A stretch of 64,000 nt of DNA. Origin: Blepharisma stoltei ATCC 30299. Its lineage: Eukaryota; Protista; Ciliophora. The notes beneath the pieces were generated by a model. The model worked only from the letters and a program-made list of their open reading frames with translations. It had not been told where the DNA came from and searched no databases. Below, piece by piece: positions 47,309 to 57,899 of the stretch; within the stretch, counting starts at the first letter, position 1; each line of letters starts with the position of its first letter. The stretch spans positions 372,001 to 436,000 of the forward strand of contig CBFDEM010000051.1 in the NCBI GenBank assembly GCA_965603825.1, in the 5' to 3' direction. Made by a program: the position numbers and the translations under genes.

Positions 47309-48997
47309 ATGTATGGCAGCAGTTATCAAGGCTCAGGAGTCAGACGTAAAAATTAAGTAGAGGACATTCAAGCATTAAATTTGTATGCAGATTCAGCGCG
47401 GCAAAGAGAAAATCAGCAAAGGTCGCTGAGAACTGATGATATTCAAGGAGCACAAGCAAAAACGAGTTTTATGAAAAGAGCAAATTATGAAAACTCAGGG
47501 TCTGGATTGAATTTACCGAGCTACGCAGGGCAGGAAGTACCTCCTGCAGGAAGCAGAAAAGGAAGTGGATATAGGGCGAAAGCACCATTTGCTACATTCG
47601 AAGATGAGCCTGTCCAAGTGAAAAATCAAATAAATGAAGGGGGATTAGAAGAAATAAGAGGAGAAAATTTGAATCAAGGAGCAAATTTTGAAGCGGATCA
47701 AAGAATTATTGAAATGCCTAAAAATATTGCTGCAAATTTTTACGGAGTTACTCCACCTCAGAGTAGCGGAGTCTATCAAATTCCATATCAAAGCCAATCC
47801 CCTTACCAAAATCAGCCATCTTATCAGCCTGCGCTTCAAAATAACAGGCCAGTATCAAATGAGCAAGTTTACTCTAAAGATACTGCAAAGTTTTATGGAG
47901 TAACTCCTCCTCAAAGTGGATATCCTTCAAATTTTCCGAATGAGCAAGCTAATTTTCAAGCTCCTGAGCAAATCAATGATCCCTTCAATGATAAAGATCT
48001 CGCCAAATTTTATGGAATCACCCCTCCACAATCAGGAAATAGAGCTAACTTATTTATGCAGAACCCTGATAATCTACCTCAATCAAGAGGCCCTATTAAG
48101 CCAAATTATGATATCCGAAACCCAGAGCTTAATTCTCAATCAAGAGGCTCAAATAAACCAGTTTATGATGCAGCTTATAATAAAGATGCTGCTAGATTTT
48201 ATGGCATTACTCCTCCGCAAACAGGTTCTCAAGCCAATGCCTATCCAAATTATAATCAAGATGTTTATTTCCAGAATCAGCCACCATCTCAAGGCCGTCA
48301 GCAAGTGCAGTTACTTTCTCAAGGCCGTCAGCAGGCTCAGTTGCCTTCTCAAGGCAATCAACAAACATATACCAACCCAGTTGATGAAGGTACAGATCCT
48401 ATGCCTGAAAATCAAATCCAGTATTTTAACCAAGATTCGGGGTACGATAAAAATGCAGCTAGGTTTTATGGGATAACTCCTCCACCTACAGGAGGAAGAA
48501 GGAGTGAGACTTATCTGGAAAATAATCAATACCAGATTGAAAGCAATCAGTATGCACCTCCAATGAGTGGAGGAGGAAGAAGAAGCCTAAATGCTTATGA
48601 GCCAGAAGCAAATCCATATGTTCAATCAGTAGAGCAGAGATCAATGTCAGCTCATAAATTAGAGCCAAGAGCTATTTCTAGGAATTCACAATTACAAGCA
48701 TCTTCTAATAATCAATATTATGGTAACGAAAATCCTATGCCATATATTGACTCTCAAAAAAGAAATCCTGAACCGTTTTATGGTAACCCACAAGGGTATA
48801 ATGAAGTCTATAATGAAAACTTGCCTCAAGTGCCATCAGGAGAAAAACCAATTGATCCCGAATTCCAGTACGCCGCTGAAAAAATTGCTTCAGGCAGAAG
48901 AAGCACTCCAGCCCAAAGAGCTGATTTCCAGCCCCCTATGAATCAATACTCCAACCACCCTTCATCAAGAGCAAGCTCTAAAAAAATGCTTTATTAA
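47309..48997 (+). CDS. Q/N/P/Y-rich low-complexity protein with five FYG(V/I)TPP repeats; 1 intron
   Basis: ATG 47309 plus intron 47346-47360 joins the 47381-48997 ORF. Repeats at 47738, 47891, 48008, 48197, 48464; LRTDDIQGA motif near the N-terminus. Confidence 0.8.
47346..47360 (+). other. 15-nt intron GTAAAAATTAAGTAG
   Basis: GT..AG, A10, in-frame TAA removed; links the upstream ATG to an otherwise ATG-less ORF start. Confidence 0.8.
48284..48364 (+). repeat. coding tandem repeat, 30-nt period, about 2.7 copies (xSQGRQQxQL)
   Basis: TCTCAAGGC recurs at 48287, 48317 and 48347. Confidence 0.85.
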
Positions 48998-49009
48998 AAT
49001 TTAAAAATT

Positions 49010-50005
49010 TTAAACGCTATATAATTTTTGTATTTCTCTGATAATCTGTAGTTCTTCACTTCTCTTATCTTTTTCGTTGATATATTGATTTGACCAAGCT
49101 TCGCATTCAGTAACTTTATCATCTCTGGCCCTTTCCATAGATCCGCACTCTTCTCTCGCTTCTCTTTGCATGCGTCTTGACTCTTCTAAATCATCAGACA
49201 ACTCTAAGGAATGCTTATCTAAGCTTTCCCTTATTTCTTTTAAATCAGAAATTACGGAACTTATAGAGTCTTTTAGCTCTTTATAGTCCTTTTCTCCTTC
49301 CAATTTTCTATCTATGAGTGACTTTAAGGATGCTTGATAGTCTTTTCTGATGTCAGTCATGATATCAATAAGTTTTACAATACTATCTTGGTTTTCCGAA
49401 ACCTCTAACAGTACATCAAGTGGAATTATTTCCATATGTGGGTGATTAGATTTCACTGATTGAGACTCTTGATCTGTGTATACCTTTTGCATATACTCTA
49501 GTGAGCTATCTATTGCGCTTAAAGCTTCTTCGTGCTCTTGATATTTCTTTTGCAGCTTCTCTGCATCAATTTTGGAATTTCTATCCAAGCTCATTATTTC
49601 ACCTTCAAAAAACCGGATTTCTTGGTCTTTTGCATTCCTTTTTTCTATTGTTGAATTGAAAAGTGGTTCCCTTTCTGCTTCAATCTGCTTAGCTCTTTCA
49701 ATTTCACTATGCATGACTTCAATTGGTCTATCTAAAAACTCGATTTCAGCTTTGCATTCAGCAGCTCGTGTGACATTAAGCTGATCGTCTTTTCGCTGTT
49801 CATCTAGCAATTTGTTTGAAATTTCCTCAAGAAGAAGGATTACTTCTTCCGGTGGTTTGTCAGATGAGAGCTGTAAAGAAATCGTGCTAAGAATTTTACT
49901 TCCATATGGATTTTGGCTCAATTTTTGATAGTCAGGGAGCTCTTGAATGTTTTCAAATGTTCCAGATACTAGAACTGTTCCAGCTAGAAATACCCAAATT
50001 AACAT
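49010..50005 (-). CDS. secreted trichocyst-matrix/granule-lattice (TMP/Grl)-like coiled-coil protein
   Basis: Signal peptide; NPYGSKILSTISLQL...EEVILLLEEI...L..EQ..DD...C and C-terminal C......Y......R.EEL.II..I resemble ciliate extrusome matrix precursors. Confidence 0.72.
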   Translation of the reverse strand: MLIWVFLAGTVLVSGTFENIQELPDYQKLSQNPYGSKILSTISLQLSSDKPPEEVILLLEEISNKLLDEQRKDDQLNVTRAAECKAEIEFLDRPIEVMHSEIERAKQIEAEREPLFNSTIEKRNAKDQEIRFFEGEIMSLDRNSKIDAEKLQKKYQEHEEALSAIDSSLEYMQKVYTDQESQSVKSNHPHMEIIPLDVLLEVSENQDSIVKLIDIMTDIRKDYQASLKSLIDRKLEGEKDYKELKDSISSVISDLKEIRESLDKHSLELSDDLEESRRMQREAREECGSMERARDDKVTECEAWSNQYINEKDKRSEELQIIREIQKLYSV

Positions 50006-50178
50006 TTTAAATATAAATATTAACGGTATCTAAAACTGTTAAAATTATGGATATTGAATAAACTCCATTTACTGCTGAATTCTTATAAAATTGAATTTTT
50101 CATAATGAAAACCTCAAAATTTGAAAAATAATCTCATTTATTACTGACATTGCCTGATACTTTGACCTTCTGTAATAA

Positions 50179-50829
50179 ATGGCAAACCCTGAATAGTAAT
50201 TTTTATCAAGTGACTATCTCTTCAAGCTTCTCTTGATAGGAGACTCTGGAGTGGGAAAATCAAGTGTACTCCTTCGTTTCGCTGACAACAGCTACTCAGA
50301 GAGCTTTATCGCAACAATCGGAGTAGATTTTGTAAGTCCTATACAGAAAATTAAGACAATAGAAGTAGAGAACAAAGTGATCAAACTTCAAATCTGGGAC
50401 ACTGCAGGCCAAGAGAAATTCCGCACAATTACTTCTTCTTACTACCGAGGTGCTCATGGTATCATTATTGTGTACGATGTAACCAACAGAGAATCATTTG
50501 ATAATGTGAAGAACTGGATAAATGAAATAACGAGATACGCCAGTGAAAATGTCAACCGCTTATTAGTGGGAAACAAATCGGACTTGGAAGGTAAAAAAGT
50601 TGTCACTTATGAGGAAGGAAAAGAACTGGCTGATTCTTTAGGAATAAATTTTATTGAAACTTCAGCCAAAACAGCTTCGAATGTCGAACAATCATTTTTA
50701 AGAATGGCTGGGGAAATCAAAGGAAGAATTGCATCAGCAGGCTCAAAGACAACTGGGGCCCAACCCAAGGGACAAAGATTGGCGGGACCAGGAAAATCGA
50801 TAACCCAAAAGAAAAATAGCTGCTGCTAA
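50179..50829 (+). CDS. RAB1: Rab1/Ypt1 small GTPase; 2 introns
   Basis: MANPEY^[23 protein letters not shown]^[30 protein letters not shown]-terminal CC. Confidence 0.97.
50196..50210 (+). other. 15-nt intron GTAATTTTTATCAAG
   Basis: Removal gives the canonical NPEYDYLFK; A10. Confidence 0.95.
50332..50346 (+). other. 15-nt stop-free intron GTAAGTCCTATACAG
   Basis: Appears as a VSPIQ insertion in the invariant GVDFKI effector motif; A10. Confidence 0.95.
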
Positions 50830-50859
50830 GGGTAAATAATTCATTACTTTTAACATTAA

Positions 50860-52695
50860 TTAAGAAGATCTTGGAGATCTTGATTGGAGCTTTGCAATCA
50901 GAGATGTAAGGGCTTGGCCTGACCGTCTAGACTTGAAAAGATTGTCCGTACTGATAGTAGATGAGCTGTCCATTGAGGTGTGCATTTTAACAGTCTTGGA
51001 TTTTGGGGTGACAAATAAGTTCGATTCACTTTCTTCATCTTTATCGAGTCCTGGAGAATTATAATTAGGGGCTGTTAAAACTGCCGATCTTGAAAGTCTA
51101 GATGGGCTCATTTTATCACGGAGCTCTTTGATTTCGCTTTCTTTTCTTTTGAGCTCGCTGGTAAGCTGCTGAATGGTATAATCTTTTTCCAAAGAATTTG
51201 AATTTGATAAACCATCGTTTTCAAGAATAATGTCTGATAAAGATAAAATATACTCTTTTAGCGAAGAAAATTGTTCTTTTTCTAGGTGCTTATAAGATTT
51301 TCTAGGAAGGGCTTCTTTGTTTTCTAAGTTAAGTTTACGTGATTTTTTTGATTTGCTTTTGGCTTCAATTTCTCTCCTGAATCTTTCCTGGAAAACTTTT
51401 GATTTTTTCAAAGATGGAAAATGCTTAACAGATTTTAACAGAGATCGCAGTGAAACAAACTCCCATTTAACACATGATAAAAGATGATAAGCATCTTCAT
51501 CTGAAATATGGTAAGGGTGCTGCTCGCATCATTTTCCTATAATGTTTAAAACTTGATCTTCTGAATTTACATTTAGATATTTATAAGAAAGCATTGCTTC
51601 TAGCTTGTCTCTGGGAAGCAACCTCAAATCTTCAGCTTCTAAAGATATATCTGGATTTCTTGCAATGTGCTGTAATAAAACTGAATAAAGGTACTCAATT
51701 TTCCCAAATAATCTTAGCTTCATCATTGATGTTTCTTGAGGACTAAATGGAGATATTGATCTTATAATAGACTGAGTTTTTGAATCCAATAGCAGAGGAA
51801 CTAGCTTAGGCTTCAGCTGAATTTTTTCATCTTCAGTTTGTATAAGTAACGAAAGTGTGACTATACAATCTTTAGAAAATATTTCTCCAGACTGTACATA
51901 CTTTATGGAAATTTCGCATCTATTTTCATGCTCAAAACTTCATATACACAATACTCATTCAGACTCTCCAATCATAAACGTCTTTGATTCCTTATAAAAG
52001 TTTCCCGAAGTAAAATCAGAAATTTCCCACTCAAAAATAGGGATTTCACAATCAAAGTTTTCAGTGATCCTTTTTTCTTCAATTTCTAATAGATTCACAA
52101 AGCCAGTTGCATTATGCAGAGCTTTTATTTTTTCAAGGATAAAAGAATTATCTGTATTAGAAATCCTCAGAGTCCTGCCCATTGAATATCTCATAACATC
52201 CTCAATTAGTTTGTGATCCATTCCTTCTATAACACTTTGAAACTGAGAGAAGATGTAATGAGAGTTTTCTGCTATGAACAATAAGCAGCTGTGATAAAGT
52301 TCAAACCAGCATTCAGATTTAGAATTCGATAACTTGGTAAATGCATCCTGAAGGAATAGCAAAACACTGTCTTTGGTTAAATGTGGGATTATGCAGTCAA
52401 CGATTAATGACTTTTGTAACTCTTCATCTTGAAAAAAGTCTGCAGTCCACAGCAGCTTCCGAGCGGTTTGAGAGTCTGTTTTTGGAAGCTTTGAAGACTC
52501 TATGTAAGAGAGATAGAGATGAAATGCAGCACTTGACATTCAGTCAGGCAAGTATATTCGAACTTCTGGATAAGTCTCTGATCCAGTCAGGATTTCTTGG
52601 AAATAAGGCTTTTTAAGTAGGGTGTCTTTGTGGATTTTTAATAATTCGTTTTCTACGACAAAGCAAACCAGATTGGAAACTTCAATTTGAGACAT
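50860..52695 (-). CDS. BTB/POZ protein with MATH-like and BACK-like regions and a coiled-coil tail (611 aa)
   Basis: ATG 52695, one frame through TGAs. BTB: F.VE....IHK..L...YF...AF..YL.YI...LL.TADFF. MATH-like: FEWEISDF...SKTFMIGESE(W)VLCI. BACK-like: LNVNSEDQVLNIIGK(W)...LLSCVKWEFVS. Confidence 0.7.
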
Positions 52696-53436
52696 AATTT
52701 AATGTTAACTAATAGAGAATTTTTTAGAGATAAAATTAAAAGCAATGCAAAATAAAAAATATTTTAGGGTCTCAAGAAAGATTGACATCTGGCTAGATGA
52801 TAATAAAATAATTTAATTTTCTAATTTTTTAATATATTCTTAATCCTTTGAAAGCATTAAGCATACATTAGAAATTGTTGGTATTTGAAGGGATCTAATT
52901 TTATTAACTTTCTCTACTTAATTTATTTATAAACATATTTTCCCCCAATGAATTCATTCGCATAAATGAACTCATTATTTATTTTATTTTACTTTACATT
53001 TCACTTTTTGGATTTCTATTTCTCAATCCTTATACTTATTATAACAATGCTAATGAGCTAATGAGAAATTAGCAAGGTTAGCTTATACATTTAACGATTG
53101 ATTTTGTTGATTTTAATATTGAATTCATAGTAATATCCATAATATTTAAAAATGAGTCCATCTAATAATTTCTCTTTCGAATAATCTCCACTGATGGGGC
53201 AATTTTCATCTGCATATCATAATGGGTGTTATTTAAAAGATCAAATTTCTTATTTTTTTTTGAAAATATTTACTAACCACCAAATTCTTTATTGCCACAA
53301 CTTGTCAAAATATAGATGCTAACATAATTTAAAAATTAAGAAAAATCACTATTTGGTAGATAATAAAAGACATTTAATTATATTTAACTAGCTCTATTTT
53401 GAATAAATCCATTTAATACTGCCTATATAATTACTT

Positions 53437-55671
53437 ATGTCTAATTCAAGTAGAGGCGAGATCTCCCCGTCTTTAATTTTTCATCATAGGCCCGCAACTT
53501 ATGGATTTTTAGGCCATGAAAGTCACGAAGACCCCGCAATTCCGATAAACCCAAACATGCTAAATTTTCTGAGTCCATTGATGGAAGAAAAATTTATCAA
53601 AGGTATTTATTGTGACAGAAAAGACAGCAAAATGATGTCCTTAGAGTTCAGAAACCAGCTGATGGTGTTTTATATTTATTTGACACTGTACATTACAATT
53701 TTAGTTGCTTTTTCTATTCTACTGAATTCTGAGGGCAAAATTTCTGACTCACATTTGACATTTCACCTTGTTTATTTAACAACAATTTTGGCTATTTCAT
53801 ATCTTGCTTTATACTCCTTCCATAGAAGTCCTTATTGCCTCTATCACTGCCGCTTCATTTTAGTAGCAGTTGGAGTTCTGTTTTTAATTTATTTAATCAT
53901 TGGCGATGAAAGAGTTTTAACTGGCCTCATTTCAGAAAGCTATAAGCCTAGTCAAATCCCAAATACTATTGGAGTTGTATGTTGGATTGTGATGATGCGA
54001 AACATTTTATATGACAGTTTTTATTTAATAGCCATATTGTCTATTACGAGTGTACTTTTATTTTTATCTTTTTCCCTTGGATACTCTCCATTAAGCCATT
54101 ACTCAGTTTTAGCTGAATGCTTAATTATGGTTTTATTTTTGGGCTTGCAAGTGATAGAAGCCCACAAATACGATTACAGATCAAGGCAGTTATTTTACAG
54201 ATCAGAGTGTGAGAAAGAAAATTTTGACATTCCAGAAATTGATGTTGATATGCAAGATGTGGTAAAGTCAGAAATTGAGCATCTAGTAAGCTCGTGCGAC
54301 TCGATAAAAAATGATATTAAATATGGGTACTCTGTTGTTATGTTCGCTGATGTTAAAAATAGGCTTAAAAATGCAAGCATTGAAGTAGAAAAAATCAAAA
54401 GAAGAATCGCCCATGGGCACTACTATAAAGAAATCCGATTTAAAGAGCCTGAAGCAATTGATGAAGAAGATAAAGCATTTATCAATCAAAATTACATGGA
54501 GATTAAGCATGAAAATGAAGTTTTTGAAAGGTCAGCAACCAAAAAGTTTACCCTTACCGAAGAAAATGCGAAAAATAAAAAAGCATTTCCTTTCAGCAAT
54601 TATGGAACTTCTAAGCTTGAAAGTGTTTTGGCAACACTAGGTAGAAACTGAAACTTTGATATTTGATTTATATATAATGCTACTGGAAGTAGCGTTTTTG
54701 TAATCGCCAAATATCTCTTAAAAAAATGAAAACTAAATGAAACCTTTAGCATTGCTGAAAATATAAGTGATTTGTATTTCAAAGAAATGGAATCGAGCTA
54801 TAAAAATAACCCATATCATAATGCCTGCCATGCTGCTGATGTATGCCACTCGCTTCTGTTCTTTTATCATCAAACTACTCTTCACGCTTATCTCTCAGCA
54901 CTAGATATGCTATCTTCTATAATTGCTGCGTTAGGCCATGATGTTGGCCATCCAGCTGTGACAAACCGTTATTTAATAAATAATAAAGATGAGTTAGCTT
55001 TTCAGTACAATGACCAAAGTGTTTTAGAAAACATGCATTGCTCAACCACATTCACTATGATGCAGAAACAAAACTGCAATATTTTAGCTGGATTAGTAAG
55101 TGCTGACTGGTTCAAGGCTCGAAAACTCATCATAGAAATGATATTAGAAACAGATATGTCTAAACATTTTGAAATTCTTGGAAGATTTAAGACGAGAGCT
55201 GTTAATTTATCTGACATTGACATAGAGAAGTCAGATGACAAAATGATTATTATGGCTATGGGGCTTAAATGCTCAGATATTGGGCATAGTGCTAAAGCAA
55301 AAGATCTCCATGAAAAATGAACACAATTGGTTTGTGAAGAATTTTTCAACCAAGGAGACTTTGAAAAACAAAAGCAGCAGCCAGTTTCAATGTACTGTGA
55401 TAGAGAAACAACAAATATTCCAAAAAGTCAAGCCGGATTCATTAAGAATATTTGCTTACCATTATTTGAAGTTTGGTGCAATTATTTGAAATCTGACGTA
55501 GTAAATACACTTGTACTTGAGCAAATGAAGAAGAATTTAGCAATGTGGGAAGCTAAATCAAAGGGAAGGAGAGCCACGCAAAAGTTTTATTCTGATGATA
55601 CTAAAGGAAGTTCTGATCTTATTCGTCATGTCAGTGCCTCAAATATTCAGCTGGATAAACCGAAAATATAA
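53437..55671 (+). CDS. class I cyclic-nucleotide phosphodiesterase with N-terminal multi-TM region (second copy)
   Basis: One frame through TGAs. (W)NFDI(W), NPYHNACHAADV, HDVGHPAVTN, YNDQSVLENMH, ILETDM.KHF, KCSDIGH, EEFFNQGD, SQAGFI. Confidence 0.94.
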
Positions 55672-55828
55672 ATTATGTAATTAGATAATTTTAAATTTAT
55701 AAACAATTGTTAATAAATTAAAAAATGTTAGTCTTTGGCTCTTAGATGGATTAGTTCTTATAAAATATGTGAATGATATAAAATTCTTATCAGAGGCTTT
55801 TTAATGGTTGACATTTTATTTTTTTAAT

Positions 55829-56701
55829 ATGGGCTGCTGTCAAAATAAAGACTCTGATCCAGTATGTGAGCATCCTGAAGTGATCCTAAGATCAGGCCAG
55901 AAAGTAAACACAAACAGTAATTTTCAATGCCAACAATCTGAAAAATCTCACTCAGAGCCCTCTACAAGTATAGTTAAAGAAAAACATAAAAAGCAATCCT
56001 TAGAGGAGTATGGGCAAGAGCTCTCAGAAGTCTACTCTAGGTTTGAAAGCCATAAAGAAAGCGATGAATTCCATCAAGTTCGCAGCCAGTTTTCAATAAA
56101 AACCTTAGAGGAACTTCTATTTCCAAATAAAAAGTTTGATTTAGTTTTTGACTCTTTTTCCATTTTATCAGAAAATCGTGAATGAACACAAATAATTTCT
56201 GAGCCTAATCTCAAAGTAGAGCAAAGGCCTGCCAGTATGTTCAAAGAGAATCTTGTAATGGTGAGAAGCAAAATTATCTTTGAGCCAAATATTCCACTTT
56301 TCAAGATAGTGGAAATTTTACATAAGCCTGAGCTTATAAAAAATTGGGATACTTCTGTAGATGCCATTACATTGATAACAGGGAAAACATTTGAAGATTC
56401 TGTTCTGCTAACGACAAGAATATTTAAAGGTAAAGAAAGGAAGTTTGTGGACAGATGGTCGACCAGAGCAACTGGAGGAATGATCGTTTCAATAGCAGTA
56501 GATGATAAAGAGCAGCCTGAAGTAGAAGGAAATGGAGAAACTATATTTCAGATGACAATTGTCGAAGAAATAAATGCTGGCACTCGTGTAACATTAATTC
56601 AACAGTTGGATCCAAAAATTCAAGGAAAAGAGATAGAAACACAAATTATCGAAAATTTCAAAAATTCTGTTCACAAACTAAGAAAATGTATAACTAAATA
56701 G
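55829..56701 (+). CDS. START-like domain protein with MGCC N-terminal acylation motif
   Basis: ATG 55829 (MGCCQNK); TGA 56183-56185 read through; PE..KNWD, R.FVD, TRVTLIQQLDPK; ends TAG. Confidence 0.7.
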
Positions 56702-56753
56702 CAGAATATTTTCATATGAACTATAAATATAATATTCTTTTTGTCATGAATTC

Positions 56754-57728
56754 TTAACTTATGATTTTTAAGACAATTTTACCTGAATTTTCATTTTTCT
56801 CCATGAGTTCGTGAGCAAGTGCAACTTCTTCCATTGAAAAAGTGCGATAAAGAATAGGCTTTAAAATCCCATTCTGAAAAGCATCCAGAATCCCATCATT
56901 TATAAATTCTTTTATCAAGTCAGCTTTATATTCCTTCGATCTACTTCTAAGAGTTGTCGTAATCAGACTTACTCTTTTTGCCATCAGTCCTCTTAAAGAT
57001 ACTTGATTTACTTGGTGCCCTCCCATAGTCCCGTAAATAATCCACCTTCCATCAAGATTTATCGCATCTAAATTATCTTCAAAATAATTAGCACCTATGC
57101 AATCAAGGACAATATCAACTCCTCCAAAATCTCTTATTTTCTCTTTAAATGATTCTGTTTTATAGTTAATGGCAAGATCAGCACCTAAATTTCGACAAAA
57201 ATCCATTTTTTCTTGACTTCCACAAGTGACTGCTACGAGAAGTCCTTTTAATTTTGCGAGTTGAATGAGAGCAGTTCCAACGCCACTGGCTCCAGCATGG
57301 ATTAGGACTTTTTCTTGGGGTTTTCCTTTAGCAATATAAAATAAAATTTGATAAGCAGTGATCCATCCTTCAGGAATTGCTGCAGCCTCTTCATAGGACA
57401 AATTATCAGGAATGGGAATTAAATGATCTGAAGGGATAGTAGCATATTCAGCATAGCCACCGCCAGAAAGAATGGACATCACTCTTTTTCCAGAAGCCCA
57501 GCTTCCTACTGATTCTGCTACTTCTCCTGTACATTCTAGACCTATTATGTTTGAAGCTCCAGGAGGAGGGGGATATAATCCCTTTCTTTGTAAAGTATCT
57601 GCACGATTCAAGGCCGATGCATGAATTTTTACTAAGACTTCATTTTCTCCAGGAATCGGCCTAGGAATTTCTGAGACCTGAAGGACATCTATATCTCCAA
57701 ATCCTGCTGTTGTCACTGCTCTCATCAT
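56754..57728 (-). CDS. NADPH:quinone oxidoreductase, PIG3/TP53I3 family (MDR superfamily)
   Basis: ALNRADTLQRKGLYPPPPGAS.IIGLEC.G, GGGYAEY, AAAIPE.W.TAYQ, VLIHAGASGVGTA.IQL, TTLRSRS..YK, GKIVL. Confidence 0.93.
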   Translation of the reverse strand: MMRAVTTAGFGDIDVLQVSEIPRPIPGENEVLVKIHASALNRADTLQRKGLYPPPPGASNIIGLECTGEVAESVGSWASGKRVMSILSGGGYAEYATIPSDHLIPIPDNLSYEEAAAIPEGWITAYQILFYIAKGKPQEKVLIHAGASGVGTALIQLAKLKGLLVAVTCGSQEKMDFCRNLGADLAINYKTESFKEKIRDFGGVDIVLDCIGANYFEDNLDAINLDGRWIIYGTMGGHQVNQVSLRGLMAKRVSLITTTLRSRSKEYKADLIKEFINDGILDAFQNGILKPILYRTFSMEEVALAHELMEKNENSGKIVLKIIS

Positions 57729-57899
57729 TTTATACTCCAATTAAATTAAATTCTAATAGGATAGTAGTTAACCATTAGTTCTGAATAATTTTTTAAGCTT
57801 TTATGTATCAGCTGATTTTTATGAGATATAACTTACTAAGATTAGAGATTAGTCTTAACATTATATGCTAAAGAAGATTAAATATGAAATAATTTAAAA

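Noticed and set aside
47738-48490. CRISPR-like array suggested by the recurring TTTTATGG..AC.CCTCC motif
   Set aside because: Copies vary at synonymous sites, spacing is irregular, they lie in frame within a CDS, and there are no cas genes.
12123-55349. Many antisense or alternate-frame ORFs in the track (e.g. 12123-12572, 18236-18643, 26592-27131, 40699-41064, 47916-48476, 55002-55349)
   Set aside because: They are shadows of real genes on the opposite strand or frame, with no motifs and typical antisense Ile/Leu/Phe/Ser composition.
35099-55671. The two PDE genes as a recent inverted duplication or mobile-element-flanked segment
   Set aside because: Similarity is limited to catalytic motifs at the protein level; the N-termini are highly diverged and no terminal repeats or transposase were seen.
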